Of a stretch of DNA of 64,000 nt, positions 1 to 7,884 are shown piece by piece. Within the stretch, counting starts at the first letter, position 1. Each line of letters opens with the position of its first letter. The DNA comes from an uncultured Methanosarcinales archaeon (GTDB lineage Archaea > Nanobdellota > Nanobdellia > Woesearchaeales > WJKR01): assembly GCA_964556395.1 (NCBI GenBank), contig CAZKVR010000003.1, positions 30,715 through 94,714 of the forward strand, given 5' to 3'. Both the position numbers and the translations under genes were made by a program. Under the pieces are notes generated by a model. It saw only the letters and a program-made list of their open reading frames with translations, searched no databases and was not told where the DNA came from.

Positions 1-558
1 TCCTTCAGACAACACCTGCAAGCCGGTGATCCTGACCGGAAGCCTGACACGGCTGTCCATATCGGTAAGCTTCACACGAGCCTTGAACGAGCCTTCACCG
101 ACGACGAAGGGCTGGTCGAGGGACGACACAACCTCGAAATCCACGTCGCCGCGATGGGTGGAGAACAACCGCTTGGACTCGACCGCGGGTTCAGGGACTC
201 CGACGACGCACTCGTCGTCGCGGCAGAAGTACTCCGCATGCTTCGTCGACACCATACGCCCTTCGATGTGATCGTGCGGCAACTCCACCTTACCATCGCA
301 GGTCCCGTCCTCGGTCGCATCCAACGAGCAGTCCTGGGCGCACGTGCAAGGATTCTCGCCCGCACCCTCTTCACAACGGTTGTTGCCGCAGCAATCATCC
401 TCAGGAGTCGTCTTGCACAACCCGTCGACGCACCGGGCCACCTCGCACTGGCCGACGGACGTGCACTCGTCATCGGACTCGCACTCGGAGCCGCCGCAGC
501 CGGTGAGCGCTAGCGTGACCGCTAACACCGCGACCATGAGAGTTATCGGGACGCGCAT
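1..558 (-). CDS. Secreted Cys-rich lipoprotein, C-terminus outside window. Not in ORF track because it runs off the edge.
   Basis: My translation from ATG 558..556: MRVPITLMVAVLAVTLALTGCGG... gives a signal peptide plus LTGC lipobox. Then come repeated Cys spacings (CESDDEC..C..C, CCGNNRCEEG, CTCAQDC) resembling EGF-like or disulfide-rich modules. The frame stays open to position 1. Confidence 0.6.
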   Translation of the reverse strand, partial: MRVPITLMVAVLAVTLALTGCGGSECESDDECTSVGQCEVARCVDGLCKTTPEDDCCGNNRCEEGAGENPCTCAQDCSLDATEDGTCDGKVELPHDHIEGRMVSTKHAEYFCRDDECVVGVPEPAVESKRLFSTHRGDVDFEVVSSLDQPFVVGEGSFKARVKLTDMDSRVRLPVRITGLQVLSEG

Positions 559-564
559 GGTATC

Positions 565-790
565 TCACTTCATCACGTTGTACTCTCGGATGAGCAGCCA
601 TGTGAACAAGAGCATGATGACCACACCGACGCCCAAGAGGAAGAGGTTCTCCCACACCTTGACCGTGGTGAGCAGGCGGTACACGCCGAACACCATGATG
701 ATGACGCCTATCCAGAGGAACTTGTCCAATACTAGCTTGAGGATGTCGAACTCCTCTTCTCTCGTAAGATGCTTCTTCTGCTTGCGAGCC
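565..790 (-). CDS. Small two-TM membrane protein (75 aa, starting MARKQKKH)
   Basis: Start trimmed to the internal ATG at 790. Two hydrophobic helices. Lies 22 nt downstream of the pilin-like gene and 7 nt upstream of the lipoprotein, so likely one operon. Confidence 0.4.
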
Positions 791-811
791 ATGATACCAC
801 CAACCATTTTC

Positions 812-1375
812 TTAACCGACGACTTCCAGCCGGAACTGCTTTGAAGCGAGCTCCCCATCATCCCCACCTACCATCCGGACGGTGCAGATGTACGTACCTA
901 TAGGGACGTCATCATCAACGGAGACCAGGGCCTCGAAACCTTTCGCCTCGCCAGAGTTGACGGTCGCACTCATAGAGTTTAAGGTAATACCATTAACTTG
1001 ATTATCTGCACCACCGCCAACACAATTCAAATAATCCTCCCCATCATAATTACCCTGACTCCCGGTCGGGCCTACGGTCTGTTGAGAGTCCTTGTTGTAG
1101 AACCCTATCTCCAAAGGCACGGTCTTGCCTTTGGACGTCGTGACGACGCGGTCTATAGTCATGACATCCTCCGCGTTGGCAGGGTTCTCGAGACGCGTAT
1201 TATCCAACACGCTACCGAGGTTTTCAGTCCCCTTGCTGAACAACCCCCTGATGAACGTCAATCCCAACCCGAGGACGACCATCGCCATCACGAGGATGAC
1301 GATTGCGTTGATCGACAATTGCAAGCTACCGCTCTTACGCCTTCTTGAACGCTTGAAGATATCCATGATACACAC
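812..1375 (-). CDS. Putative pilin-like or secreted protein with a class III-like signal peptide
   Basis: Basic N-terminus (KRSRRRKSG), then a hydrophobic stretch SLQLSINAIVILVMAMVVLGLGL. A Gly/Thr/Asn-rich extracellular domain follows. Confidence 0.4.
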   Translation of the reverse strand: MCIMDIFKRSRRRKSGSLQLSINAIVILVMAMVVLGLGLTFIRGLFSKGTENLGSVLDNTRLENPANAEDVMTIDRVVTTSKGKTVPLEIGFYNKDSQQTVGPTGSQGNYDGEDYLNCVGGGADNQVNGITLNSMSATVNSGEAKGFEALVSVDDDVPIGTYICTVRMVGGDDGELASKQFRLEVVG

Positions 1376-1407
1376 CTCTGACCTTTCCGCACAACAATCA
1401 TATATAA

Positions 1408-1419
1408 AGGTTTCTCTCG
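1408..1419. promoter_or_regulatory. Near-palindromic TATA box (CATATATAAAGG) between divergent genes
   Basis: AT-rich box 33-57 nt from both divergent start codons, at 1375 (minus) and 1465 (plus). Confidence 0.45.
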
Positions 1420-1464
1420 GTCGAGGAGAAAGAGATAAAAAGAGCGCTCCCGCAAGGAAGATTC

Positions 1465-2598
1465 ATGACACGGCCAAGCCTCACGACCGATGAGCGGAGA
1501 GCGGACACGTTCTTCGACCTCGTCGCGGACAGGCTCACCTTCTCTGACATCAACCCTACGAACGAGAAGGGCGCCAAGCAACGCTTCCTCAAGCACGGCA
1601 AGGAACCCCAGTTCCGGTACGGCCAGCCGGCCGAGGAGCTCAGCCAGTTCAAGGCAGGCCTCGAACTCCTCCCAAAGCTCGAGGACGGCGTCGCAGCAAG
1701 CATCCTCAACGCCAAGCAACAAGAACTCATCAAGAAGATCCGATTGTTGGAACGCCTCGGCACGCCGGGGTTCGCCACCACCAGCGCGCAGCTCTACCCA
1801 TTGCCGGACAAGAAGCTGCTCGAACAAGCCCGCACACTCCTACAACTGCCGCCGTCAGGCAAGGCGAAACGCATCACCCGCATAGAAGGCATCAAGCTGA
1901 TACGGAAAGTGCTCGACCACCTAGGCCTCAAGTACGCGATCAGGAGCAGCCCCATACTCACGTCAGCCCGGATGCAAGCAAGCAACAGGCTGCTCGAGCT
2001 CAAGAAACGCGAACGGTTCTCGGAAGACTACCTGAAACGGCTCGTCGTCCACGAGATCGGCACACACGCTCTCCGAGGCGAGAACGGAGCCCTACAACCA
2101 TTGAGAGTGTTCAAGAATGGGTTCCCAGGATACCTCGACGCGGAGGAAGGACTGGCAGCCTACAACGAGTACCAGGCAGGACTCCTCACCAACTCAATCC
2201 TACGCAACTACGCCGGACGCGTCATCGCCATCGACACCGCCTCCAAAGCAGGCTTCAAGGAGACCTACAAGGAGTTGAGGAAGCACTTCACGCAGAAGAC
2301 GGCGTGGAAACTCGCGGTCAGGGCGAAGAGAGGACTGAAAGACACGAGCAAGCCAGGCGCGTACAGCAAGGACGCCGTCTACCTCAGAGGACTCATCACC
2401 ATACTAAAGTTCGCGGAAGGCCACGACCCGAACGAGCTCTACCACGGCAAGGTAGCGCCGAAAGACCTAGCAGCCATGAAAGGCATCCCAAGCCTGAAGA
2501 AACCAAGATTCCTCCTCCAACGCGTGCTCGACAAGGACCTCATCACACCCACTGAACGACGGGTTGAAGAAGAGACCATACGACAACTCACGAAGTGA
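1465..2598 (+). CDS. DUF1704 / QEGLA-motif zinc metalloprotease (MATCAP-like carboxypeptidase family)
   Basis: HExxH-like HEIGTHAL motif and EEGLAAYNEYQAGL (QEGLA-type) motif. Length 377 aa is typical for TIGR02421/DUF1704. Confidence 0.6.
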   Translation: MTRPSLTTDERRADTFFDLVADRLTFSDINPTNEKGAKQRFLKHGKEPQFRYGQPAEELSQFKAGLELLPKLEDGVAASILNAKQQELIKKIRLLERLGTPGFATTSAQLYPLPDKKLLEQARTLLQLPPSGKAKRITRIEGIKLIRKVLDHLGLKYAIRSSPILTSARMQASNRLLELKKRERFSEDYLKRLVVHEIGTHALRGENGALQPLRVFKNGFPGYLDAEEGLAAYNEYQAGLLTNSILRNYAGRVIAIDTASKAGFKETYKELRKHFTQKTAWKLAVRAKRGLKDTSKPGAYSKDAVYLRGLITILKFAEGHDPNELYHGKVAPKDLAAMKGIPSLKKPRFLLQRVLDKDLITPTERRVEEETIRQLTK

Positions 2599-2604
2599 CG
2601 ATCC

Positions 2605-3198
2605 ATGGAAGCGTACCGCCAGACGACAGAGTACACCGGAGCGGCCGCGACGCTCCTCACCCTGCTCCACCACTACGACCCAGAGATACCGCTGAACCGG
2701 GAGGAAGAGTTCCGCATCTGGCACCGGACCGCAAACCTGCCGGTGAGGGCGCCGTCCATCTACGGCCTCGCGCTCGTGGCGCAGGAGCACGGCCTCAGAC
2801 CACGCATCGTGCTGGAAGAGAAGGAGTACGACTACCCGGACTACCGGTTCAAAGGATACACGAAGAAAGAAGTGGACGAGGCGAAGTTCTCATCAAAACT
2901 CTACGCCAAGCGGGCGGAGGCGGCAGGCATCCCGGTCGAACAACGCGAAGTCACGCTGAAAGAAGTCCTCAAGACCCTGAATGCAAGCAAGAAGCTCCTG
3001 CTACGCGTCAACGCCGGCGTGTTCCGCAAGACAGGCAGCACGAGCAAGTACGTCGCAGTCCACCAAAAACAAGGAGTCATCAAGGCCGTCGACCCGAGGT
3101 ACGGAGAGCTCGACGTCAAGGAAGAGGAACTGGAAGAAGCCATGGCGACGCTGCAGACGAAGAAGAAACGCGACGTCCGGATGATAGTCCTGGACTAG
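2605..3198 (+). CDS. Papain-fold peptidase C39-like domain protein (DUF3335-like), catalytic Cys apparently replaced by Thr
   Basis: YRQTTEYTGAAATLLTLLHHY matches the C39 Q-x5-C-G-x-A-x-L pattern with T at the Cys position. A downstream H....G.I.AVDP resembles the C39 His/Asp region. 197 aa. Starts 6 nt after the DUF1704 stop. Confidence 0.45.
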   Translation: MEAYRQTTEYTGAAATLLTLLHHYDPEIPLNREEEFRIWHRTANLPVRAPSIYGLALVAQEHGLRPRIVLEEKEYDYPDYRFKGYTKKEVDEAKFSSKLYAKRAEAAGIPVEQREVTLKEVLKTLNASKKLLLRVNAGVFRKTGSTSKYVAVHQKQGVIKAVDPRYGELDVKEEELEEAMATLQTKKKRDVRMIVLD

Positions 3199-4439
3199 AA
3201 CGAACGGGCGGCAGCCCTATAATAGTCCTCGAGCAGCAAGACGTCGAGGTCCTCATAGTTCTTGAGGAGGTACAACGACCCGCCGCCGACCTCGACGAGC
3301 CGCTTGGACAACGCCTCGCCCTCCTCATCCAAGGAGAGGCCGACGACGCTCACCGTGACGCCCTGTTGGGCGGCCTCGCTCGCCGCCTCGAGCACCCTGG
3401 CGGTGGGGTCCTGGCCGACGGTCTGCAAGCCGTCCGTCAAAAGGAGTACGTGCTTGACGCCCTGTTCTTCCTCCAACAACCATGCGGCGTGCCTCAACGT
3501 GGCGGCGAGGTCCGTCTCCTTGCTCGCACGGGCCCGCGTGATGAGCCTCGCAAGAGAGAGGAAGTCGCTCGTCGGAGACAACGAAGCCTCAATCTCACGT
3601 CCGAACACGACGAGGCCGACGCGGTCACGCTTCCGCGTCGCCTTGAACGACAACGCGACGCCGGCCCGCTTGGCGGCGGCGAGCTTGTCACCCTTCATGC
3701 TACCGCTCGCATCCACGGCGTAGACGATGGACGCGCGCTGCCGGGACTCGCGGTCGAGGGCGACGAAGTCATCCTTGCTCAACGAATCGTGGCCGCGGCG
3801 GAGGGACTTCTTGATAGAGGCCTTCAGGGCGAGGTCTCGGAAGCGGTGGTGCTGTCGGAACGGCGCGTAGGAGGACGCCTCGCCGTCATCGGCCCGGGCG
3901 CGGCTGTCGCGCTCGCCCAAGGCACCGTGGCGGTCGAGCTTGTCAAGCTCGTCGGCGGTGAGGGCGAGGGCGGCGACGGTGAACCCTTCCTCGGTCAGGG
4001 CCTCGTCATCGTCGAGCAAGCCTTCGTCCTTGAGGGACTTGATGGACTGCTGGACGCGGTCGCGGAGCTCGCGCTGGAACTCAGGGATGCGGACGTTCTT
4101 CTCCACGTAGGACGGGTCGTAACCTGTCAATTCGCGTATGAAACGCTCGCCGTAGAGCTCTTTCGCCTGGCGGTACTGGTTGACGAGCTGGTCGGCGAGC
4201 ATGTCGGGCGAGAAGGAACGGAGGCCGTGGTTGACGCCTTCCGAGAGCATCATGCCTTCGGGTATGAAGTCCTTGTCGTTCTCCAGGACTGAGCGCATGA
4301 GCTTGTCGAGCTCCTCGCTGTGCGCGAGGGAGCCGTCGGCCTCCTCGGCCTCGCCGACGTCCCCTATGCGGGAGGACTCCTGGTCCGGCGCGTCATCCAG
4401 CCCCTCATCGTAGGAGGGGGAGGTGCTACCGGCCACCAC
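3195..4439 (-). CDS. von Willebrand factor A (VWA) domain protein with acidic N-terminal region (ChlD/CobT-like partner of an AAA+ ATPase)
   Basis: MIDAS motif DASGSM. VWA-like beta-alpha pattern in the C-terminal half. Acidic N-terminus. Confidence 0.7.
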   Translation of the reverse strand: MVAGSTSPSYDEGLDDAPDQESSRIGDVGEAEEADGSLAHSEELDKLMRSVLENDKDFIPEGMMLSEGVNHGLRSFSPDMLADQLVNQYRQAKELYGERFIRELTGYDPSYVEKNVRIPEFQRELRDRVQQSIKSLKDEGLLDDDEALTEEGFTVAALALTADELDKLDRHGALGERDSRARADDGEASSYAPFRQHHRFRDLALKASIKKSLRRGHDSLSKDDFVALDRESRQRASIVYAVDASGSMKGDKLAAAKRAGVALSFKATRKRDRVGLVVFGREIEASLSPTSDFLSLARLITRARASKETDLAATLRHAAWLLEEEQGVKHVLLLTDGLQTVGQDPTARVLEAASEAAQQGVTVSVVGLSLDEEGEALSKRLVEVGGGSLYLLKNYEDLDVLLLEDYYRAAARSF

Positions 4440-5454
4440 CCGTTTCCTTGTCGACCCGCTCCATGAGCTTGTCGTAGGAGGCGCGGACGTACGCCTCGGG
4501 GGTTGAGAGGAATTGCGCGCTCGGCTTGAGCCGTATGCGGTGCGCGATGACGGACTCGACCGCCTTGCCGAGGTCCTCGAACGACACTTCTTCGCGGCCG
4601 GCGAGGTAGGCGTTGGCCTGGGCGCGCTCGTACAGTCCGAGGGTTGCGCGGACGCTAGGGTGCTTCTCGAGCTTGTCGTCCTCGCGGAGCTCTCGCACGT
4701 AGCGTACGAGCGCTTCCTTGACTGGTTGCGGGACGGTGACGAGCCGGTGCCCTTTGGTGTCGACGATGCGCTCCTCGACCTGCTGGCTTTCAGGGTAGCG
4801 CATGCGGGCGATGTCGAACCGGTCGAGGAAGACGTCTGACAATGGTTCGGTGCTGTTGTCGTCAGGGTTCATCGTCCCTATGAATATGAAGTTGGCGTCG
4901 AAGTCGACGTCGTAGCTGCCGATGGTGAGCTTGCCCTCCTCGAGAACTTGGAGGAGGGCGTTCTGCAGTTTTTCAGAACAACGGTTCACCTCGTCGAAGA
5001 AGAGGATGCCATTATTGGCTTTGAAGATCTTGCCGGGCGTGAACGCCTCGAGGGATAGGGGGCCGTACTTCATCGCCTTGAGCGGGTCGATGTCGCCGAG
5101 GAGGTCCTCTGCGGTGAGGTCGGGGGATCCTTGCACCCTGATGAAGCGCTCCTCGCCTTTGACTTTTTTTGTGGGTGCTTCCTCGCCTTTCCGGGCGCGT
5201 GCGATGCAGTCCGGACAGAGCGGGTGGCCTGGCTTGCAGTGGAAGCCGCAATCCACCACTTCCATGGATGGGAGCAGTTTCGAGAGGTTCTTGACGAGCG
5301 TGGTCTTGCCGATGCCGGGCGGGCCTATGAGTATGAGGTGTCGGTCCATGAGGATGGCGCTCTTCAGCTCGTCCTTGACGTGGCCCTGTCCGATGATGTC
5401 CTGGAACTCCGCGTCGCGGAGGTTCTTCCCGAGGAGTGGCTGGTGCGGGGTCAT
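4426..5454 (-). CDS. AAA+ ATPase, MoxR / Mg-chelatase ChlI-like, with a Cys-rich insert
   Basis: Walker A GPPGIGKTT, Walker B ILFFDEVN, sensor FIFIGTMNP. Insert CGFHCKPGHPLCPDC. Overlaps the VWA gene by 14 nt (operon). TATA-like TTTTTTAAACC sits 25-36 nt upstream. Confidence 0.75.
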   Translation of the reverse strand: MTPHQPLLGKNLRDAEFQDIIGQGHVKDELKSAILMDRHLILIGPPGIGKTTLVKNLSKLLPSMEVVDCGFHCKPGHPLCPDCIARARKGEEAPTKKVKGEERFIRVQGSPDLTAEDLLGDIDPLKAMKYGPLSLEAFTPGKIFKANNGILFFDEVNRCSEKLQNALLQVLEEGKLTIGSYDVDFDANFIFIGTMNPDDNSTEPLSDVFLDRFDIARMRYPESQQVEERIVDTKGHRLVTVPQPVKEALVRYVRELREDDKLEKHPSVRATLGLYERAQANAYLAGREEVSFEDLGKAVESVIAHRIRLKPSAQFLSTPEAYVRASYDKLMERVDKETGGGR

Positions 5455-5496
5455 AACCGGAGCATGAAGCAGGCGCGGTTTAAAAAAGTGTGGTTT

Positions 5497-5967
5497 CTAC
5501 AGGGCGAGGAGGACGAGGCCCGCAGCCAAAGGGATAGCGAGGTTGTCGTCGAGCAACGGCTGCGGTCGTGGGAATGATTCGACGAGCATGCCGGCGAGGC
5601 TTGCGAGGAACGCTGATAGGGGTGTGAGGAGCAGCGTGAGGACGAGGAAGGACGCGGCGGTGCCTCCGAGGAGTCCCGCCCAGGTCTTCTTGCGATGCCA
5701 AGGGAGCTTTGCGGATGAGAGGTCGCGTCCGACGAGTGTCGCGAAGGCGTCGCCGTAGACGAGGACTGCGAGAGCGGGGACAGCTACGTCTTTTGGGAAG
5801 AGGGCTGTGGCCACCAAGAACCCTTTGAGGAGCGCGAGGAGTCCCCAGAGCGGGAGGTAGGCGTCCCTACGGCCATAATGCTTTTGCGCCCACGCCACGA
5901 GCCGGTGGAGGCCGAAGAGAGTTGTTATCTGGCTGAGGAGTATGAGGCCGTAGGCGGCGACGAGCAT
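5497..5967 (-). CDS. Polytopic membrane protein (possible CTP-transferase / dolichol-kinase-like DUF92 family)
   Basis: 4-5 hydrophobic helices. KTWAG...GG motif region. Weak family assignment. Confidence 0.3.
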   Translation of the reverse strand: MLVAAYGLILLSQITTLFGLHRLVAWAQKHYGRRDAYLPLWGLLALLKGFLVATALFPKDVAVPALAVLVYGDAFATLVGRDLSSAKLPWHRKKTWAGLLGGTAASFLVLTLLLTPLSAFLASLAGMLVESFPRPQPLLDDNLAIPLAAGLVLLAL

Positions 5968-6088
5968 GCCGAGATACCACCACCACTGCGCGATGCCGGT
6001 GGCCGCGAGTAAGAGGAGGAACGAACCTGTAAGGAGGTGTAGGATTTGCCGCCGGTGCTCCTTCCGCCTGATGATGTCCGCTATGGTC

Positions 6089-6571
6089 TCACGCTCCGAT
6101 GCCGAACAGGCCTCCGCCTACGAGTGTTATGAGGGTGACGAGAGATCCTGCGACGAGGACTCCTATGATGCTGGCGAGGTAGAAGTCCCGTCGCTTGACA
6201 CCGAGGAGGTATGCTCCGAGGGCGCCGGTGTACACGCCTGAACCGGGGAGGGGGATGGCGATGAAGGCTGCGACGCCGAACTCGCCGTAACGGTCGATGG
6301 ATCGCTGGATGCGGCGCTGCGCCCGCAGGACGACCTTCGAGAACCACCGGTCGAACCACGGCCAGCGCCTGGCGAGTCCTATGAGGAGGTCTACGAGCTC
6401 GTAGAGGACGAACCCGAGGAGGATGTTGGCGATGACGATGGCGAGGAGGAACGGGATGGCGGGCAGGTCCGTGGCGAGGAGGAGGAAGGGGATGCTGGCC
6501 CTGAGCTCGAGTGTGGGGAGGAGTGTGAAGAGGAGTACTAGGATGGCGTCGTGCATGGGTATTGAACGCAT
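6089..6571 (-). CDS. Small membrane protein, putative small multidrug export family (PF06695-like)
   Basis: Start trimmed to ATG 6571 (MRSIPMHD...). IPLPGSGVYTG motif. TATA TTTATAAA at 6582-6589. Confidence 0.4.
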   Translation of the reverse strand: MRSIPMHDAILVLLFTLLPTLELRASIPFLLLATDLPAIPFLLAIVIANILLGFVLYELVDLLIGLARRWPWFDRWFSKVVLRAQRRIQRSIDRYGEFGVAAFIAIPLPGSGVYTGALGAYLLGVKRRDFYLASIIGVLVAGSLVTLITLVGGGLFGIGA

Positions 6572-6717
6572 GAAAGGATGTTTATAAAACCTTGGTTCTG
6601 GAACCGCATTGCTGAGACCTCGCAAGTTATCGCTCGGAAGCGAAACATTTAAATAATGCATCTGGAAGAAGAAGGTTTCGAGAAACTCATCAGTTCGAGT
6701 GCGAGGTGAATACCACA

Positions 6718-7281
6718 ATGGCAAAGAGAGGTCAAGCAGCATTAGAATTCCTGACGACGTATGGCTGGGCATTCCTCATCATCCTCGTGATGATTGGAGC
6801 GTTCGCGTACTTCGACATACTGAACCCACAACGATTGTTCCCGGGCAAGTGCCAGTTCCAGGTGGGCATCACGTGCGACCAGTACAAGATAGCCAACCCC
6901 GGCGGTGTCGGAGCAGGTGATGACCCGTACGTCCAGTTCGAGTTGAAGAACCAGAAAGGCAGCAGCATCTATGTAAGTAACCTCGAGTATTATAATCCCA
7001 ACTCCGGCGAATATGAGGCGTGCAGCCAAGAAGATGGAGGGTCTGGTATAGGTACATACGGAGATATAGATCAGGTGTTGGATGAAACCACCGGTACTGA
7101 CATCTCAGCTGAGCGACGGTTCGACATGACGTGCGTCTTCGATGACGAACATGTCGACGCCGTCGTCGGTGACAAGGCCACCGTCAAGGTACGGTTCTGG
7201 TACAACGAAGGCGCCACCGCTGACGATGAGTACGAGAAGCCAATGGAAGGCAGCATCGTATCCGACGTGACGGATAGTTAA
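6718..7281 (+). CDS. Archaeal type IV pilin with class III signal peptide
   Basis: MAKRGQAALEFLTTYGWAFLIILVMIGAFAY is a canonical [KR]GQ-A/S-x-EFL class III signal. Cys-containing secreted domain. Oligo-T terminator follows. Confidence 0.75.
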   Translation: MAKRGQAALEFLTTYGWAFLIILVMIGAFAYFDILNPQRLFPGKCQFQVGITCDQYKIANPGGVGAGDDPYVQFELKNQKGSSIYVSNLEYYNPNSGEYEACSQEDGGSGIGTYGDIDQVLDETTGTDISAERRFDMTCVFDDEHVDAVVGDKATVKVRFWYNEGATADDEYEKPMEGSIVSDVTDS

Positions 7282-7287
7282 AGACCC

Positions 7288-7312
7288 TTTTTTCTTTCTC
7301 TTTTTTTCTTCT
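7288..7312 (+). terminator. Oligo-T archaeal terminator
   Basis: TTTTTTCTTTCTCTTTTTTTCTTCTC immediately after the pilin stop codon. Confidence 0.5.
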
Positions 7313-7340
7313 CTCCACACCGACCCACAGGCGATACCAT

Positions 7341-7805
7341 ATGAATCCGAAAGCCCAGCAGTCCTTGGAGTTCATGGTCACCTACGGGTGGATGATCCTC
7401 ATGGCAGGCGCTGTAGCAGGCTCCCTCGCCTACTTCGGCGTGTTTGACTCCGACCAGAACCTCCCGTCCCAGTGCAACCTCGGCTTCGACTTCTCCTGCG
7501 AACAGTTCGTCCTGTTCGACAACGGCACGGTGCGCGTGGAAGCGGGGAACAAGGCCGGCGAACCCTTGGAAGTGGAGTCGTTCAGGTGCACCTACCCTGA
7601 CGAGAGCGTGGACTCCACCACGTATGGCGGCGCCGAGTGGCTGCCGGGCGACACGTTCAACCTCGCCTGCAACCCCTCAGGGGGAATCCTCACAAATGGT
7701 GAGCGTGAGAAAGTGAAGGTGAAGCTGGAGTACCGCAAGAAAAGCGGAGGCTTCACCAAGCACGTCGAAGGAGACGTCGCCGCCATCGTGGCGGAGAGCT
7801 CTTAA
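7341..7805 (+). CDS. Archaeal type IV pilin with class III signal peptide (tandem second pilin)
   Basis: MNPKAQQSLEFMVTYGWMILMAGAVAGSLAY. Similar architecture to the upstream pilin. Confidence 0.75.
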   Translation: MNPKAQQSLEFMVTYGWMILMAGAVAGSLAYFGVFDSDQNLPSQCNLGFDFSCEQFVLFDNGTVRVEAGNKAGEPLEVESFRCTYPDESVDSTTYGGAEWLPGDTFNLACNPSGGILTNGEREKVKVKLEYRKKSGGFTKHVEGDVAAIVAESS

Positions 7806-7884
7806 AATAAGGGACGCGAAAGTTTATATATGACAGTGGCGCCCCGTACACCCCACGTATAAACGTCAGGCAGGGGAATGCACG

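Noticed and set aside
2595-4292. 565-aa plus-strand ORF rich in R/G/A/P
   Set aside because: Antisense to the VWA gene. It has the biased composition typical of shadow ORFs in high-GC DNA, whereas the minus-strand gene has a MIDAS motif.
4426-5454. Considered calling the AAA+/VWA pair a cobalt or magnesium chelatase (CobS/CobT or ChlI/ChlD), given cobO in the window
   Set aside because: No CobN/ChlH large subunit nearby, and cobO is 56 kb away. A generic MoxR/ChlI-like ATPase plus VWA partner is the supportable call.
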